DNA of 64,000 bases from Strigamia acuminata (taxonomy: Eukaryota), in assembly GCA_949358305.1 (NCBI GenBank), contig OX442314.1, positions 248,001 to 312,000 of the forward strand. The letters are read 5' to 3'. Within the stretch, counting starts at the first letter, position 1. Each line of letters begins with the position of its first letter. The notes beneath the pieces are model-generated. The model was not told the origin of the DNA. It saw nothing but the letters and a program-made list of their open reading frames with translations, and did not search any database. Both the position numbers and the translations under genes were made by a program. This document shows positions 1-14,132 of this stretch, piece after piece.

Positions 1-43
1 AAAACGATTTATTTCCATTTGTTTCTTTTATTTCATTAGACAC

Positions 44-178
44 CGGTCGGCTTTGCCGCTCTCGTTGACGATAGACTTGAAATACGGAGCAACTGCATCG
101 CTCAAGTTCAAAACCCGCACTTGCGAGGCCACGGATTTATCCGCCTCGACCACAGATCCACGTTTGATGAACACGACG
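44..178 (-). pseudogene. Orphan exon of cytoplasmic dynein heavy chain with an internal deletion
   Basis: AG/GT-bounded segment translating [46 protein letters not shown]. It resembles the DYNC1H1 N-terminus but lacks the SPYETLH-containing stretch. There is no room for upstream exons before TARBP1. Confidence 0.7.
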
Positions 179-347
179 CTGCAACAAGAGAGAAAACAAA
201 TTACGTCCGCCATTTTATTCCCAATTTTTCCAATCACCTGTTGATTTTAGTGTTTGAAAATCGCACATCAGTCGAGATAATATAACTAACGATCTCCTTA
301 TACAGCAATAATAACATTTGGTGTTAATCTCAAAGTCATTTATTTCT

Positions 348-3300
348 TCATTTATTTATTACATTTTGCCGAGAATATTCCCACACAAGCAGCGCTCCGC
401 ACACGTGCACGTTGAGGGAGCGAACGACTCCTCGCTGCGGTATTTGCACGCACGCGTCCAACATTTGAATCAACGAGACCGGAATTCCTTCTTTCTCGTT
501 GCCCAACAGCAGAAGGCACTTTTCAGGAAATTTGTATTCATCCACTCGAACGCTGTCGGCGGTCTGTTCGGCGCCGATCAGGACGTACCCTTGGTTCCTC
601 TTGCTCGTCAAATATTCCTTGAGTTGGAAAGGCTTCACCTCGCACATGGCCACCCATTTCTCGGCAGAAACGCTCAAATTCTGGAACTGTTTGTCCTGGA
701 TGCATTTCATGTTGGCCACCACGTACTCCTTCGCCCCGAAGATTTCGCAGCTCCTGCACAGACCTGCACGACACAAATTCATTTCATTAGTTTGATTAAT
801 TCCATAAATTCCATTAATTCCATTTCACCTCCCAAGTTGGGAATTCTGTCGATGAGTGACGCGACCACGATCAATTCGCCGTTTGACGCGCGTTTGCACG
901 GTGTCATTTTCTTCTGCACGTTCCCGTTTTCCACATTTTCTTCAACTTCAACCTCGACTTGCACGTTTTCTTCTGCAATTCAAATTATTCATTTCCCACG
1001 TTTATTAAAAATGCCAGTACTGACCCGTTTGAAACGCACTCAATTCTTCGTCGCCACTAAACGTGCGAATAAACGAGTTTTCTTCGCTACGAAATTTCGT
1101 AAAAACGTGCGCCGGGATCCACTCGTAATCGGAGACGTCCGTCAACCTCAGAATGTCGTGAAAAATTGTCTAGAAAATAATGAATGAAAATTATTTACTT
1201 ATTTAATTTCTTGATGCCATTGATTGATTTCTAAATCTCACCTGCAAGGAGTAATGTTTGCGAGCATCGAACGCCTTGAAATAGTAATTATCGAAAATTT
1301 TCTGCGTGCAACGCGCCGAATTGCCACCTCGATACGAAAACGTCAAACTGGATTCGACCGGACCGTACATGTCGAGGGCATTTTTCAAATCGTTCGATTC
1401 GCAAATCAGCCACAATTTGTGAAAAACCACCTGCAAGATTTATAAGATTTATAAGATTTATAGACAAATATGTAAAAACTCGTCAACTTGACTTGTGCAG
1501 TGACTCTGGTGTTGAAGTTTTGCGCCATGCACCAGGGAAGGACGCAGCGGAAAGCGGCGAGCACGAATTCTTCTTGTTGCTGTAGCGGTTCCAGCAGTTT
1601 GCCCACGTGGTAGATTATTCCCAGAAACGAACCGATGCTTCCGACTCGGATTCCTGCCGCCTGCAATCAATCCAATTCAATCAAATTATCACAAGTTTCA
1701 ACTTTTTCTTCTGCTACTTTTTCAATTTCGTCCCACAACTCGTCTCTCAAGGTCGCGAATCGAAGCAAAATCCTGACGGCCAGCCATTCCTGCATCACTC
1801 GGATGGACAATTGGGAGCCTTCCTCTACGAGCTGGCCGTAAACATTCTTCAGAACGCCAGTTAACGCTTCCTCGATAATAAAAACAATTCAAAACATTAG
1901 TTAATTTAGACATTATTGATATCCTTCGATTTACTTGAGCGCAAAGTGGTTCCAGGACGAGGATCGTCTGCCAAACTCGATTTTTCTTTAAATGGATCAA
2001 AGAATTTGCATAATAACGAGTGGCCGTTGCACCGACCGCGGCGTCTTGCGCGAGCAACAGCGCGATCAACTCGGCGACCAACGGATGACCACTTTCCAAA
2101 CTCACAATCAACGACACTGCAGCGGCTCGAACGGAAACCTCGTCCAAGTGATCGCTTTCGAACAGGGAGTTGACGGTGCACGTTTCACCGAGCGCGGACA
2201 CAAAAGCGTCCGCATCGCCCTTCACTCTTTGGTCTTTGCGATGGACGGGACCGAACGTGAGCGCGTTCGCCATCAATTGCGCGTGCACGCTCATGTTGCG
2301 GCGCGTGTCTTTCGAGCGCATCCAAACGTCGACGCAGTGGAACACCAACATGTGAAATATCGTCGGACAAGTGTCGGACAACTCGTGCGCTTTTTCGCAA
2401 AACTAGAAAATCAAACAAACTAATGATTAGGAAAAGGATAAATGCAGAAAAAAATTTATTGCACAAAACGCAGAAATGCGTAAAATAAATGCTTCAAATT
2501 GCCATTGTTTCCGAAAAATGGTCACTTTTGCATTTATTTTACGATACGCAATGCAAAAAATCGTAAAATAAACGCATTAATCTCCATGTTTTCGGAAAAT
2601 GCGATTTATGCATTTATTTTGTGTTTATAATTCTCTAACACTTAATAAATTCTTCCATTTTGCAAATTATTAGATTTTTAATGCATAAACATCCTTTCTT
2701 TAATAATGATTGATTTCTTTAACTTGAAAAAATAAATTTACGTGAATTAAAATCGAGTTGGAGGCATTCGGGTGATCGAGCAGCCGCGGGTGAAAAGCCA
2801 CTTGTAGAAATGCCTCGATCGCGATCCAAAAGATTTCCGTTTTCCGTCTTTCAAAGGCCATGTTCCACACGGAGTGCAGCAATTTCCCAAAAAGCTGTTC
2901 GTTTTCGTCAAATACCTAATCCAAAACAAATAATCAACATCATTATAAAGCAAATATTAAATCAAAAATTCACTAGTCACCCGCGACAACGACAAAGATA
3001 AAACGTGTTGGATGCAACGACAAACTGGCGGAATCACGTCCGTGCCGATCTCCAACGTGTACAGCGCAAATTCGATCAAAGCCACGACCTCCAGTTCGTT
3101 GTGACATCGACTCGCGTGAAAAGCCAGACACTTCCAAACGCAATTGTAATACTCCGACACGATTCGGCCTCGTTGTCCCAAATAAACGTCGCAGTTGCTG
3201 AAATTGAATGCAGTTAAATAACAAATAATTAAACTTGAATAATTAATTTACTTGTTGGAAGACGATTTTGTGAGCGTATACTTGAAAAGATTGTTCGTGA

Positions 3301-6216
3301 ATTTGTGTCGAACAAAACGCAGGATTTTATCGCCACTTAATTTCCATTTCCCCAAATGCCGCATTTCCGATTCAATTATTTCGACGATCCAAGCGAGGCA
3401 CGCAACTGCGCAATATTTACTCAGAAGATGATCCTTTGGAAAATGAAAAATGAACAAATTAGAAAGAAAACGAGCAAATTTGTCATTCTTATGCATTTTG
3501 GCATCCATTTGAAATCAACTCACCTCTGAATTGGCGTCATCAAAGTGTAGCGCAGCAAGATCCGTCAACTTATTCACACACTCGTCCATCTCGTTCGAGT
3601 CTTCGTACGCTTTGAACAAACTTTTCAACAATTTCAAATACATCTCGAGTCTCTTCACATCATCCATCTAAAAGTAATTATTATTTTTAAAAATTCGATT
3701 TTAAATTCTATCCGTTTCTAACGTGATTCGAAATCCTGATAAGCGCGTAATCGATGATGGACGTGAGGCACGGAGCGATGCACGCGACAACTTCCATCCG
3801 AACCGCATCTTGTGACGATTCTATTAAAATCTAAATTAAAACCGACATTTGTGAATGAAAAATCTATTTCCTCCTATTTTTATACCCGCCGTCCGACTAA
3901 TTTCCACTTCCTCGAGCAGCGAAACGACAAACTTCAAACTGCGGTCGACTTTCGCGAGCGGTAAATACGGACGCGTATTAACGGACGATAAAATCATTTT
4001 CACCGGTCCCAGCGCCATTCCCACACTCGATAGAGCGAGTAAACCCGCGTCCAAACTCAGAACCAACGTCCGCGATGTGCGCTCCATTTCCAAATCCGTC
4101 AAATAAAAATCATCTATTTTGAAATAAAATTATAAAAATTATAAAAATTATAAATTTATAAATCATAAAATCAAATAACCTTTGTCCGTATTTGTATGGT
4201 TGTTTTCCGTTTCGTTTAATCGGTGCATCGTGCGTTTTATGAATTTGCCCACGTCGCTCGATGTTAAATTCGCAGCCGACGGCAGTTGCCGCAACCATTC
4301 GACGCACCGCGAGCGTAATTCAGTGCGACGACTCAACACACCGTTTTGCGCAAACGGCAATAAAAACGACGACAAAATATCGAACGTCACGTCGTCTTTT
4401 TTCACCAATTTCAGAAACGCATCCAAGAAAAAACAATGGACGGCGATCCTCAAATACTTCTCCTGGGTGCGAAGACAATCGACGATCAACGACCTACAAT
4501 AAATCATTTCTATTTCAATCATTTTTATAAAGTAAAAATTTATTACTTTAAATCTTCCAACGCCGTCAGATTCCACGCAGGCGCCACAGGCACAGTCGAC
4601 AGCGAGTAACTAATGTACAATAAAGGCACCGGAGCCCAATTTAAACCTCGAATAGACCCGAGTAAAGAACTAAAAAAATCAACTAAAAAAAGTTTAAAAA
4701 CAATTAATCGATCAAATCAATCCATAATTAATTTATTTTTCAACCGATGAGTGAAGATCCTCGCAGAATGACGACACAGTGCGTGAAAAATCGCGAAAAT
4801 GACGAGACAATCGCGGGAACAGAACCCCTCTGCTCGTTCTGCGACCTCGCGAACAACGACGCATCGTTGATGACGTTTAATAAAGGACCAAAAACAAACT
4901 AAAATAAAAAATTAAAATAATTAAAACAAATAAAAATCATTCGTCCTCACTGTCAGACGTCATACTTGAGCGTCGATGAAATTCTCTTTGGTGAAATTCA
5001 AGCGTAAAAACCGTTCGAGCGCCCATTTTTTGATCAATTTCGAATCGTGCAGAAACATGCGATGAAAAAGCGTCGACAGCAATTCCAAATGAAACGGCGA
5101 AATGTCGCTCGCTTTGATCACCCGGTCGATTTTCCCAAGAACCGGTTTAATGACGTGAACCTTAAAAATCAAATCAAATCAAATCAAATACAAACAAATA
5201 TAAACAAATACAAACAAACTTGAATTCAATACTTGTGTTTCTTCCAACGTTTCGATGATAAGAATGTAATTGGACCACGAAAAATGCTGCGACTCCAACT
5301 TGGCGCGCGACGTCACGTGCTTGAGCACGAAAAGCGCCTGTTTCCGGTGCAGCGAGTTCTCGTGCGCCAGCCCGAACCGAATTAAAAGCCACAAATTCTT
5401 CTCCGACGAAATCCGATCCAAAAAAGACGAAAAAACTGCCTCCTCCGTCATCAATTCCATCAAATTGCACACAATCAGATACCCGTTGCCCACGCTTTTA
5501 CTCTGACAATCCGAATAAGTAAAACTAAAGAAACTCTGCGCACGTTCCCACAGAATTTCCACCAACTCGAGTTTGCTCGCGAGGTCCATGAGTTTCAACA
5601 AGGGGGGCACGACGTCGACGAGCACGAAAGCGGCGAACTGCGAATCGCAACGCGAGAGAACCCAACTCAACGTGCTTTGGAATTGCACCGCAAATTCGTT
5701 GAATTCGACGTTTTTTTTCATTTTTCCAAATAAAAACGTGACGATTTCGAGAGCAACTTTGGGTTTCGAGCACTTTTCCGGGGGCTCACGATCAAATTGA
5801 ATTTGCACACTTTTCTCGCATTCTCGCGCCCATTCCACCACGTTTTCTTCGCCCGTCAACTCCAAACAAAACCATTTGGTGGCTATTGCGACCTCGCAGA
5901 GTTCTCGATTCGTCCCGGCGTGTTCCGACAGCAATATAGGCGTGCAAACGTCGTCGACGATGCGGTTTAATGCGCTCAGTAGACGAGGTTGCGGCGCGGG
6001 ATGTTTTTCATCGATTACTCGCACGATTTCTCGCAATGTGCGCAACAAATTGACGGTTTGATCGCGCGACAAATCGCGTTCAATCTCTCCGCACACATTA
6101 TCCAACACCACGTACAGTTGATCGTCACTGAAAACATTTAAAAGAGTTTTTAGAGTCATTTTTGAAGCCGTAATACCCTCAGCAGCATTCATGTTCTCCC
6201 GGTCGTTGGAAGCCAT
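348..6216 (-). CDS. TARBP1: tRNA (guanosine-2'-O)-methyltransferase TARBP1/Trm3 (multi-exon)
   Basis: The C-terminal SpoU domain is clear ([52 protein letters not shown]), preceded by a long helical N-terminal region over many GT-AG exons. ATG at 6216 (MASNDREN), stop at 348. Confidence 0.9.
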
Positions 6217-6397
6217 TTTGAATCCAGTAGCGCCCTCTGTGATCAAAAACGTCAAGTGTAAAACACAAACAGGAAATTGGCAACTGATCACATCCCGAAG
6301 TTCCGACTCTCAAAAAGGCCGCACAAGCACAAACTCATAATTAGTACATTTTTCCTTTCATCTCGCTCGCATTTTCTTTCCCCCACAGAATGGAATA

Positions 6398-7110
6398 ATG
6401 GTTCGTCATTTGATCATTTCCAATTCGAATTCAAACAAAATAATTAATTTTATTTTTATTTATTTATTTATTTATTTTTCACAAATTTTCATTTCCAGGC
6501 ACAAAATGTCAAAGTATGTGAAATCGACCCAGATTTAAAAAAGAAACTCAAAGAATTCCGATTCCGCAAGTCGCACAACAATGCGGCCGTTATCAGTAAG
6601 TGAAGACCAAAAACCGCCCATTCGCCATTTATCATTTTCAAACTGATAATCGCTAATTTTCTCGTTAATTCCAGTGAAAATCGACCGCGCGAAGCTCCTC
6701 GTGCATTTGGACGAAGTTCTCGAGGTAAATATACAAAATAAAGCTAGAAAACAAACATTGAATGCCAACTTCCGACAGGATATCAGCGTGGATCAGCTGA
6801 GAGAGTCTTTACCGGACCACCAACCGCGATTCGTCGTTTACAGTTACAAACTGGACCACGACGACGGTCGCATTTCGTACCCGTTGTGCTTCATTTTCAT
6901 CACCCCGCCGGGTAAAAATAACATCAAAATTAGTCTCAATTTTTCTCAATTATTTTATTTGGATTAGACTGCAAACCGGAACTGCAAATGATGTACGCAG
7001 GAACCAAACTGGCGCTCGTCAAAGAGGCCGATTTGACCAAAGTGTTCGAAGTTCGTCTGCTGGAGGAACTCACGGAGGAATGGCTGCACGAAAAATTAGG
7101 AAAACGTTAA
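6398..7110 (+). CDS. GMF: Glia maturation factor (ADF-H family)
   Basis: ATG-only first coding exon, then exons giving [56 protein letters not shown] and [14 protein letters not shown]. Confidence 0.92.
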
Positions 7111-7662
7111 AAAAAAACGCGTTTTTCCTTCTTTTCTCGTTGGAAACTTGGAATCAACCATAATATGCAAGCTTTTATGTAACAGTGCATGGCATTTAAA
7201 CAAAATGATGACTTTTTTAATCAAATTACGTCTTTTTCACGTTTTGTGTGTGAAATGTTAGAAATGTTTCATGTTATGAATGATGAATCGTTTAAATTTA
7301 GTCCTTTGATAGGATATACGTGTATTTTAAATGTATTAATAAGTTTATATACGTGTTTTAAGGAAGAAAAAAAGAAGAAATTTACTTTTTATTAAATTAA
7401 ATTAATTACTTAAACTCCCAAACATGTCGATTATTAAATTTACATAAAATTTGTAGCATTTTGACATTGCGATTATGCGTGTTCTGAATAAAAGAAAGCA
7501 AATTTACATTTCTTTTTCGCTCGGATACTAACACAACATTGAGAGATCATCGCTTTTTAAATCAATTCACAACCAAACAAAATATCACTTGAATTAAAGT
7601 CCCAAACATTCATTCGATCGCCCAACGCAATAACAAACACAATATGCAACGATTTCTTCCAT

Positions 7663-8878
7663 TTACGCCGTAATAAGACTGTAAATCATTCTGCAAATGA
7701 AAAACATATAAATAAGTAAATTAATTAATTAATTTCATAATTTACCCGTAAAGATAGTAAAAAAATCCGACCAAATAAAACGCTAATTTAAACCAGCCTT
7801 CCGTTTGTGCTTTGGATAATTGATCCGCGTTCATGATGGTTGTTGGGTCATATAGACCGGGTGAACTCATCACAGGACGGTTTTTGTATCTAAAAATACA
7901 TTTATTCCATATGAATTACAATTTTAACCTTTTTTTTTAACAAAATTTCAAATTTTAACCATTTTTATTGTCAAAATTTCAAAATTTCAGATTTTAATGA
8001 TTTTTATTGACAAAATTTCAAATTTTAACCATTTTTATTGATAAAATTTCAAACTTTTACCATTTTTATTGACAAAATTTCAAATTTTAATCATTTTTAT
8101 TGTCAAAATTTCAAATTTTAACAATTTTTATTGATAAAATTTCAAATTTTAACCATTTTTATTGACAAAATTTCAAATTTTAACCATTTTTGTTGTCAAA
8201 ATTTCAAATTTTAACCATTTTTATTGACAAAATTTCAAATTTTAACAATTTTTATTGTCAAAATTTCAAATTTTAACGAATTTGCTGATATAAACTCAAA
8301 TTTTAACGAATTTTCCAATACAAACTCGAATTTGAACCAATTTTTGTCAATATCAATTAGAATTTGAACGATTTTATCAACATAAATTGTAATTTAACAA
8401 CGTTTTCGATCGTTTATACCTCAGTATGTGGTAGGCAATCAGTGGGATATTTAAAATTAACGTGAACCATTCTCCCGCTACGAAAAACAAAATGTTGAAG
8501 AAGATGTGGATGAAATATTCTGGCAAGACGAGCTGAAAGAAAATTTTACCAAAATAAAAAATTTATTTCTGTATTATTTTAATTCCATTCTGCTGTACAA
8601 TACTTACTGGATTCAAACTGTTGCATTGATCAATCGGGTTTTTGTAATCGGTTTTTAGTTCATCAAAAGCGATAATCTGTGAAGAACAAACGTGGGTTTA
8701 TCAGCTCTTTTTATCTTTCATTTTACGCCCGAACGAATTTTATTTCCAATTCTTAATTCGTTCTTGACGGTTCTTCCAAGTGAGATGCAGCACTTACGTG
8801 AAAAATGGCGAAGAATATTAAGAAAGCGTCGAGAATTAATGCCGCGATGTAACAAAACGCAGCGAACGTAAACGCCAT
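7663..8878 (-). CDS. cni: Protein cornichon (CNIH1/2/3-type)
   Basis: Manually spliced: MAFTFAAFCYIAALILDAFLIFFAIFH / IIAFDELKTDYKNPIDQCNSLNP / LVLPEYFIH... / YDPTTIMNADQLSKAQTEGWFKLAFYL / MIYSLITA*. Confidence 0.92.
7920..8400. repeat. Intronic minisatellite, ~31-nt unit (attttaaccatttttattgacaaaatttcaa)
   Basis: Direct tandem copies inside a cornichon intron, degenerating rightwards. Confidence 0.9.
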
Positions 8879-9646
8879 GATGGCACAGTGGCGCCGTGCG
8901 ACGGCGACATTGACAACTTTTAATCGTACTTAGGTGTATACTTCTTTTTTTAGATGTAGGTCAAATAAAAAAACCTGTTATCAATTCTTTAATATTTCCT
9001 ATTGTTTTTCTATCTTATTTATTTCCTTTTTTGAAACATAAACTTGTTGGCATTGGTGGCTCGTCAGTATTTGTTACTTTGAATTAGTGAACAAAAAATG
9101 ATTTTATTTGATTTAGACGAGACAATTTTTTAATTTCAACTTGACAGATGATGAGAATAATACATTCCGAACAGATTTAATGAAAAAAAAGAAGTTTAAC
9201 GACGAATTTTAAGGCGAAATAGAAATAAAACAAACGGTTTACTCACTCCAAAAACCAAAAACCGGCGGTAGAGGGCGCCACGGTTCGCCCACGTTCACAC
9301 AACCAAAGCAAAACATTGATAAAAGTGAAAGAAAAACAACATGTTTTTCTCCCTTTCAATGCCATACGAAACAAAACGAGCATGACGAATCGTAATTAAA
9401 CAAAAATAAATCTCACCTAACTAGATGGAATTCCACCCTTAAGAAACTATTGGAATTTCCCAGTTCACCTCAGCGGCTGACGTCACGAAACAACACACGC
9501 ACAGGCACATAGTCATAACATACACACAGGCAGAGCTTTCAGCTGGTAGCGAAGGCGAACTGTACGTAGCTTATGATTGGTGATCTAATACAGTCGGCTG
9601 GCTAAATTTGACGCAAAAGAAAAAGCACGGCATACTTTTAGCAAGC

Positions 9647-12600
9647 CTGGCCTCGAGTGGGGACTCAGAAGACGGTGGAGTTTCTCCCCCACCGCGAAAA
9701 AAGCAACGATTGTCTGCCGCCGCTGCTACCATGCAAGCCAATGGCTGTCCTCAACACAATGGAGACACACCAGGCAGCTCGAGTGCCACAGCAGAGAATA
9801 ACGGAGGAGAAATCAACGTCAACGGCAAACCGGACTTGTCCCCCAAGATTAAAACGAGAGCTGATCAAGACATTGTCCGTTTGATCGGACAGCACTTGAA
9901 AGGATTAGGGCTCAAGTGCGTACGACTAATGACTAAAAAATCACATTTATTGAGAATTAACTCGTTTTCCCACACTAAATCTCGCTAAATAATATTTCAT
10001 TCTTTTTTTACGTTCAAACTCGCTTGATCGGCCATTTTTTTTTGTTTTGGGTTTTGCGAGTGATGAAATACGATTTTGTAAGACTCGTATCGGATTTTTA
10101 ATATTTTTTTTTCGAGGGTCGCCGAGATCGATGCTCACGGAAATGACCTTCGATGGTCGAATGGAATGATTAGAACATTAAATAATGCACAATCTGTGAC
10201 GTATTTGTATTTATTTCTCGATTTTTGAGTAGTTTTCGTGCGAAAACGGAAATTAAAAAGTGTCCAACATGGAGTGGCGCCATGTTTGTTACCTTGTACT
10301 CGATTTATCCTCTACTCGACAAATTTGTTTTAATTGCAGTCGCACCGCCGAGCAATTAATGCAGGAGTCCGGTTGTCGACTCGACCATCCGGCCGCGACG
10401 AAATTCCGCAATCACATTTTAGACGGTGAATGGGCCAAAGTGAGTCATTTAAATAATTTAATTTAAATAATTTCTTTTATTTCATTTTATTTTAATTATT
10501 TCAGGCCGAACACACGTTAAATGAACTCAAGTCGTTGCTCGATACACCTTTGGCCTTAGTCGTAAGTAGAATCCTAAAAATTGATTTTATTCTTGTTTTG
10601 ATTTAAAAATTTAAATTTTAGAAAATGAAGTTTCTGCTGTTGGAGCAGAAATATCTTGAGAAACTAGAAGACGGACAAATTTTAGACGCCCTTCATATTT
10701 TACGTAATGAATTGACTCCGCTTCGTCACAACACGAAGCGAGTCCACGAACTGAGCAGGTGCGAAGCCATTTTGATTAAAATTTGCAGCGTTGTATCGAA
10801 CGCGAACTAATAGAACGAAAAATTCAAATGATGTTCATGTTCACCATGTTTGATGATGAAAACGTCGCAAAAATGTTCGTTTAAACGTTTATCTTCATCG
10901 AAACATTCATTTTGATTACTTTTTACAACGAAAACGACTGCTTTACTAAAAAAAATGTGTTTTGTCATCTGAAATCCACAAAATGTAACAAAAAACATTT
11001 TAATTTCTAAAAAAAAAATCTGAAAAATGAACGTGAACTTCGAAAAAACTTTTAGTGAACGAGATACAACGCTGGAAATTTAAATCTGATTAAATTAAAT
11101 TGTAACGCTGAAATTGTTGATATTTAGCTACATAATGTGTGGCACTGGAGAGGAGCTTCGCAGCACCTCGAACTGGGGAGGAAAGGATTCGGATTCCAGA
11201 ACGAAACTCATGGAACGTCTTCAAGGTATAAAAATATAAATTTAATTATAATTTTAATTATAATTTAATTTTAATTTTCTAGTTTATTTACCTCCGACTA
11301 TAATGTTGCCTCCGCGTCGCCTGCAGACGTTGTTGACGCAAGCGATCGAGCTACAGAAAGACCGATGCCCGTACCACAACACGCGAATCGACAGCACGTT
11401 AGATCAAATCTCGCTGCTCATGGACCACGCGTGCAGCAGGTAACGCGAATGAGAGAGAGATGTTTTGGTTTTGACGCCGTTGAGTTGCAGAGAGCAGTTT
11501 CCTTGCGAGACCATCCAAGTGCTCAACGACCATTGCGACGAAGTTTGGTTTTGCAAGTTCTCGAACGACGGCACCAAGTTGGCGACGGGATCGAAGGACA
11601 CGACGGTCATCGTTTGGGAAATGGACACCGTAAATTTAATTTAATTTAATTTAATTTAATTTAATTTAATTTAAGAGCAATTGATTCTGTCGCAGGATAC
11701 GTTAGAATTACGTCACAAGAAAACTTTGGAAGGACATTCTTATGGAGTTTCTTACATGTCGTGGAGTCCAGACGACGCTTACCTGATAGCGTGTGGCCCG
11801 GACGATTGTTCAGAGTTGTGGGTTTGGAACGTGCAGGTGCACATTTCCTGTCTAAATGTTTTGTTTGTGATTGATTTATATTTATATTGATGTTGTTGCA
11901 GACGGGCGATTTACGGGTTAAGATGAGTCATTCGCCCGAAGATAGTTTAACTTGTTGTTCTTGGCATAAGGATGCCAAGAAATTCGTGACTGGGGGAACA
12001 CGGGGACAGTTTTACCAATGCGTAAATATCAATTTTGAAAAGCGATCTTTTTAGCTCAAAAAACCCGCTACGGCTACTAAACAGTCATTTTGTTGACGCC
12101 GTTTAGTCTACGAACGTTTTGTCGACCGGGAGAATGTTGGGTCGCTTTTTCGACTCAGTGAACGAGTACGTTTAGTTGACGTGTCATCTTGTCTGTGTAA
12201 AAATGCACTTTTCTGTGTAAGAATGCACTTTTCTGTGTAAAAATGCAATTTTTGGTCTGAAAATGTAATTTTTGTCTGAAAATGTAATTTTTGGTCTGAA
12301 AATTGCAATTTTTGGTCTGAAAATTGCAATTTTTGGTCTGAAAATTGCAATTTTTGGTCTGAAAATTGCAATTTTTGGTCTGAAAATTGCAATTTTTGGT
12401 CTGAAAATTGCAATTTTTGGTCTAAAAATGCAAATTTTTGGTCTGAAATTGCAAATTTTTGGTCTGAAATTGCAAATTTTTGGTCTAAAAATGCAATTTC
12501 TAGGGAAAAAATAAACAAAAATAAAATAAATAAAATAAGACGGTGTAAAAAGTCGACTAAATAACCCTATCCCCAAAAAACGACCAATATAATGTTTGAT

Positions 12601-14132
12601 GTGGTCCATAAAAAGTTGATTTTTGAGCTAAGAACGTTCATTTTCAATAAAAATTTAAACAAAAAAAAATTATTTTTTTAAAATTGTAATTTTTGAATTC
12701 AGGATTTGGACGGAAACGTGTTGGACTCGTGGGAAGGCGTGCGCGTTCAATGCCTTTGGTGCAAACGAGACGGCAAAGTGGTTCTCGCGTCCGACACCCA
12801 CCACCGGATCCGCGGCTACAACTTCGAAGAACTCACCGACTTTAACATGTGCGTTGCGAGTCGTAAGCAGAAAAACAAACCCGTGTTGTAATTTGTGTAA
12901 CGTTGACTTAGCATCCAAGAAGACCACGCAATCATGTCATTCTCGTGCAACGAGTCGGGCCGCCTCGCTCTTTTAAATGTAGCAACTCAGGTGAATTGAA
13001 TCGAATCGAATTTAACAAATTTTAACATTGTTTGTTGTGTGTGTTGTTGTTTTTACAGGGTGTGCACCTATGGGACTTACAGGATAGATGCCTAATCCGC
13101 AAATTCCAAGGTGTTACTCAAGGTTTTTACACGATTCACTCTTGTTTCGGTGGCGTGAATCAAGATTTTATCGCCAGCGGGAGTGAAGGTGACACGGAAG
13201 GTGAAAGACAATTGTTGCGCATTTGAGTACTAAAGACGCGTTTTTATTCTGTTTTCTTGTCAGATCACAAAGTGTACGTGTGGCACGTCCGTCGCGAATT
13301 GCCCATCGCCATTCTCTCGGGCCACATGCGCACCGTCAACTGCGTGAGTTGGAACCCGACTTTCCCGCAAATGTTGGCTAGTGCCTCCGACGACGGAACC
13401 GTCCGCATCTGGGGACCCGCGGAGCAGTATCGCAAATCGAGACGAACCACGTCATCTAAGCCCCAACAGGCCGATGGTGATTGATTTGATTTGATTTGAT
13501 TGAATTGATTTGATTAATGTAATTCATTCTTCTATGCACGAACAAATAATTATTTTTGCAAAATAACTATTTACATAACTATTTACCGTATTACCTCGCA
13601 ATAAGCGGCATGCCGTACAAAAAATTTATACCAGCATGCCGATATAAAGCGAAAAATGCCGGTGTAAAGCGAAAAATGCCGGTATAAGTGAAAAAGTGGG
13701 TTTTTTGTTTTTAATTACTTTAAAGAGGCTGAATGAATAATTATGTTGGTTTTTGGGCTTAAAATTTGATTTTTCTTAATTTTCTGGGTAAATTTATAGA
13801 AATTTAAGCCAATTTCTTCAATTTTGGAGATCTAAAAAGGATTTTATGCTTGTTTTGGCTGAATTCTCATTTAGAAAAATTCGTACTCACTTACACCGGC
13901 ATGCTGTTAAAAACAAGGTTTATCGGCATGCTGGTAAAACTCGAACTACACCAACATGCTAATGGCTTAATGTGAAGTAATACGGTAACTATTTACGAAC
14001 AAATTGATTGATTTGCATTTTTTTAAGTCTCAAATTGATGGAATGCGTTTTTGTGCTTCAGATTCTGTATCATATTGTTCACCTTCGCCACCACCACCTC
14101 AGAGTTCAACCATTGCCCGTTCACAGAATTAA
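9647..14132 (+). CDS. WDR26: WD repeat protein 26 (CTLH/GID complex subunit); first AUG at 9731, candidate CUG start at 9647
   Basis: MQANG start, LisH ([15 protein letters not shown]), CTLH ([24 protein letters not shown]) and WD40 repeats ([34 protein letters not shown]). The last exon 14062-14132 is inferred. Confidence 0.92.
10787..11072. mobile_element. MITE-like intronic element
   Basis: Inverted termini cagcgttgtatc / gatacaacgctg in a WDR26 intron. Confidence 0.5.
12200..12500. repeat. Intronic minisatellite, 21-nt unit (aattgcaatttttggtctgaa)
   Basis: Tandem copies in a WDR26 intron. They produce the spurious FSDQKLQ-repeat ORFs. Confidence 0.9.
13586..13985. mobile_element. Non-autonomous Tc1/mariner-pogo-like MITE
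   Basis: Termini ccgtattac...gtaatacgg flanked by TA on both sides, in the last WDR26 intron. Confidence 0.65.

Noticed and set aside
318..1187. 289-aa plus-strand ORF (and its mirror at 56916-57608)
   Set aside because: Antisense shadow of the TARBP1 SpoU exons.
1919..1928. ATATCCTT resembling a U12 AT-AC donor
   Set aside because: It is on the strand opposite TARBP1 and not at an exon boundary.
12108..12609. Repetitive ORFs (FSDQKLQ / IAIFRPK) and similar ORFs at 23494-23966 and 42247-42869
   Set aside because: They are translations of minisatellites, open in several frames on both strands; not proteins.
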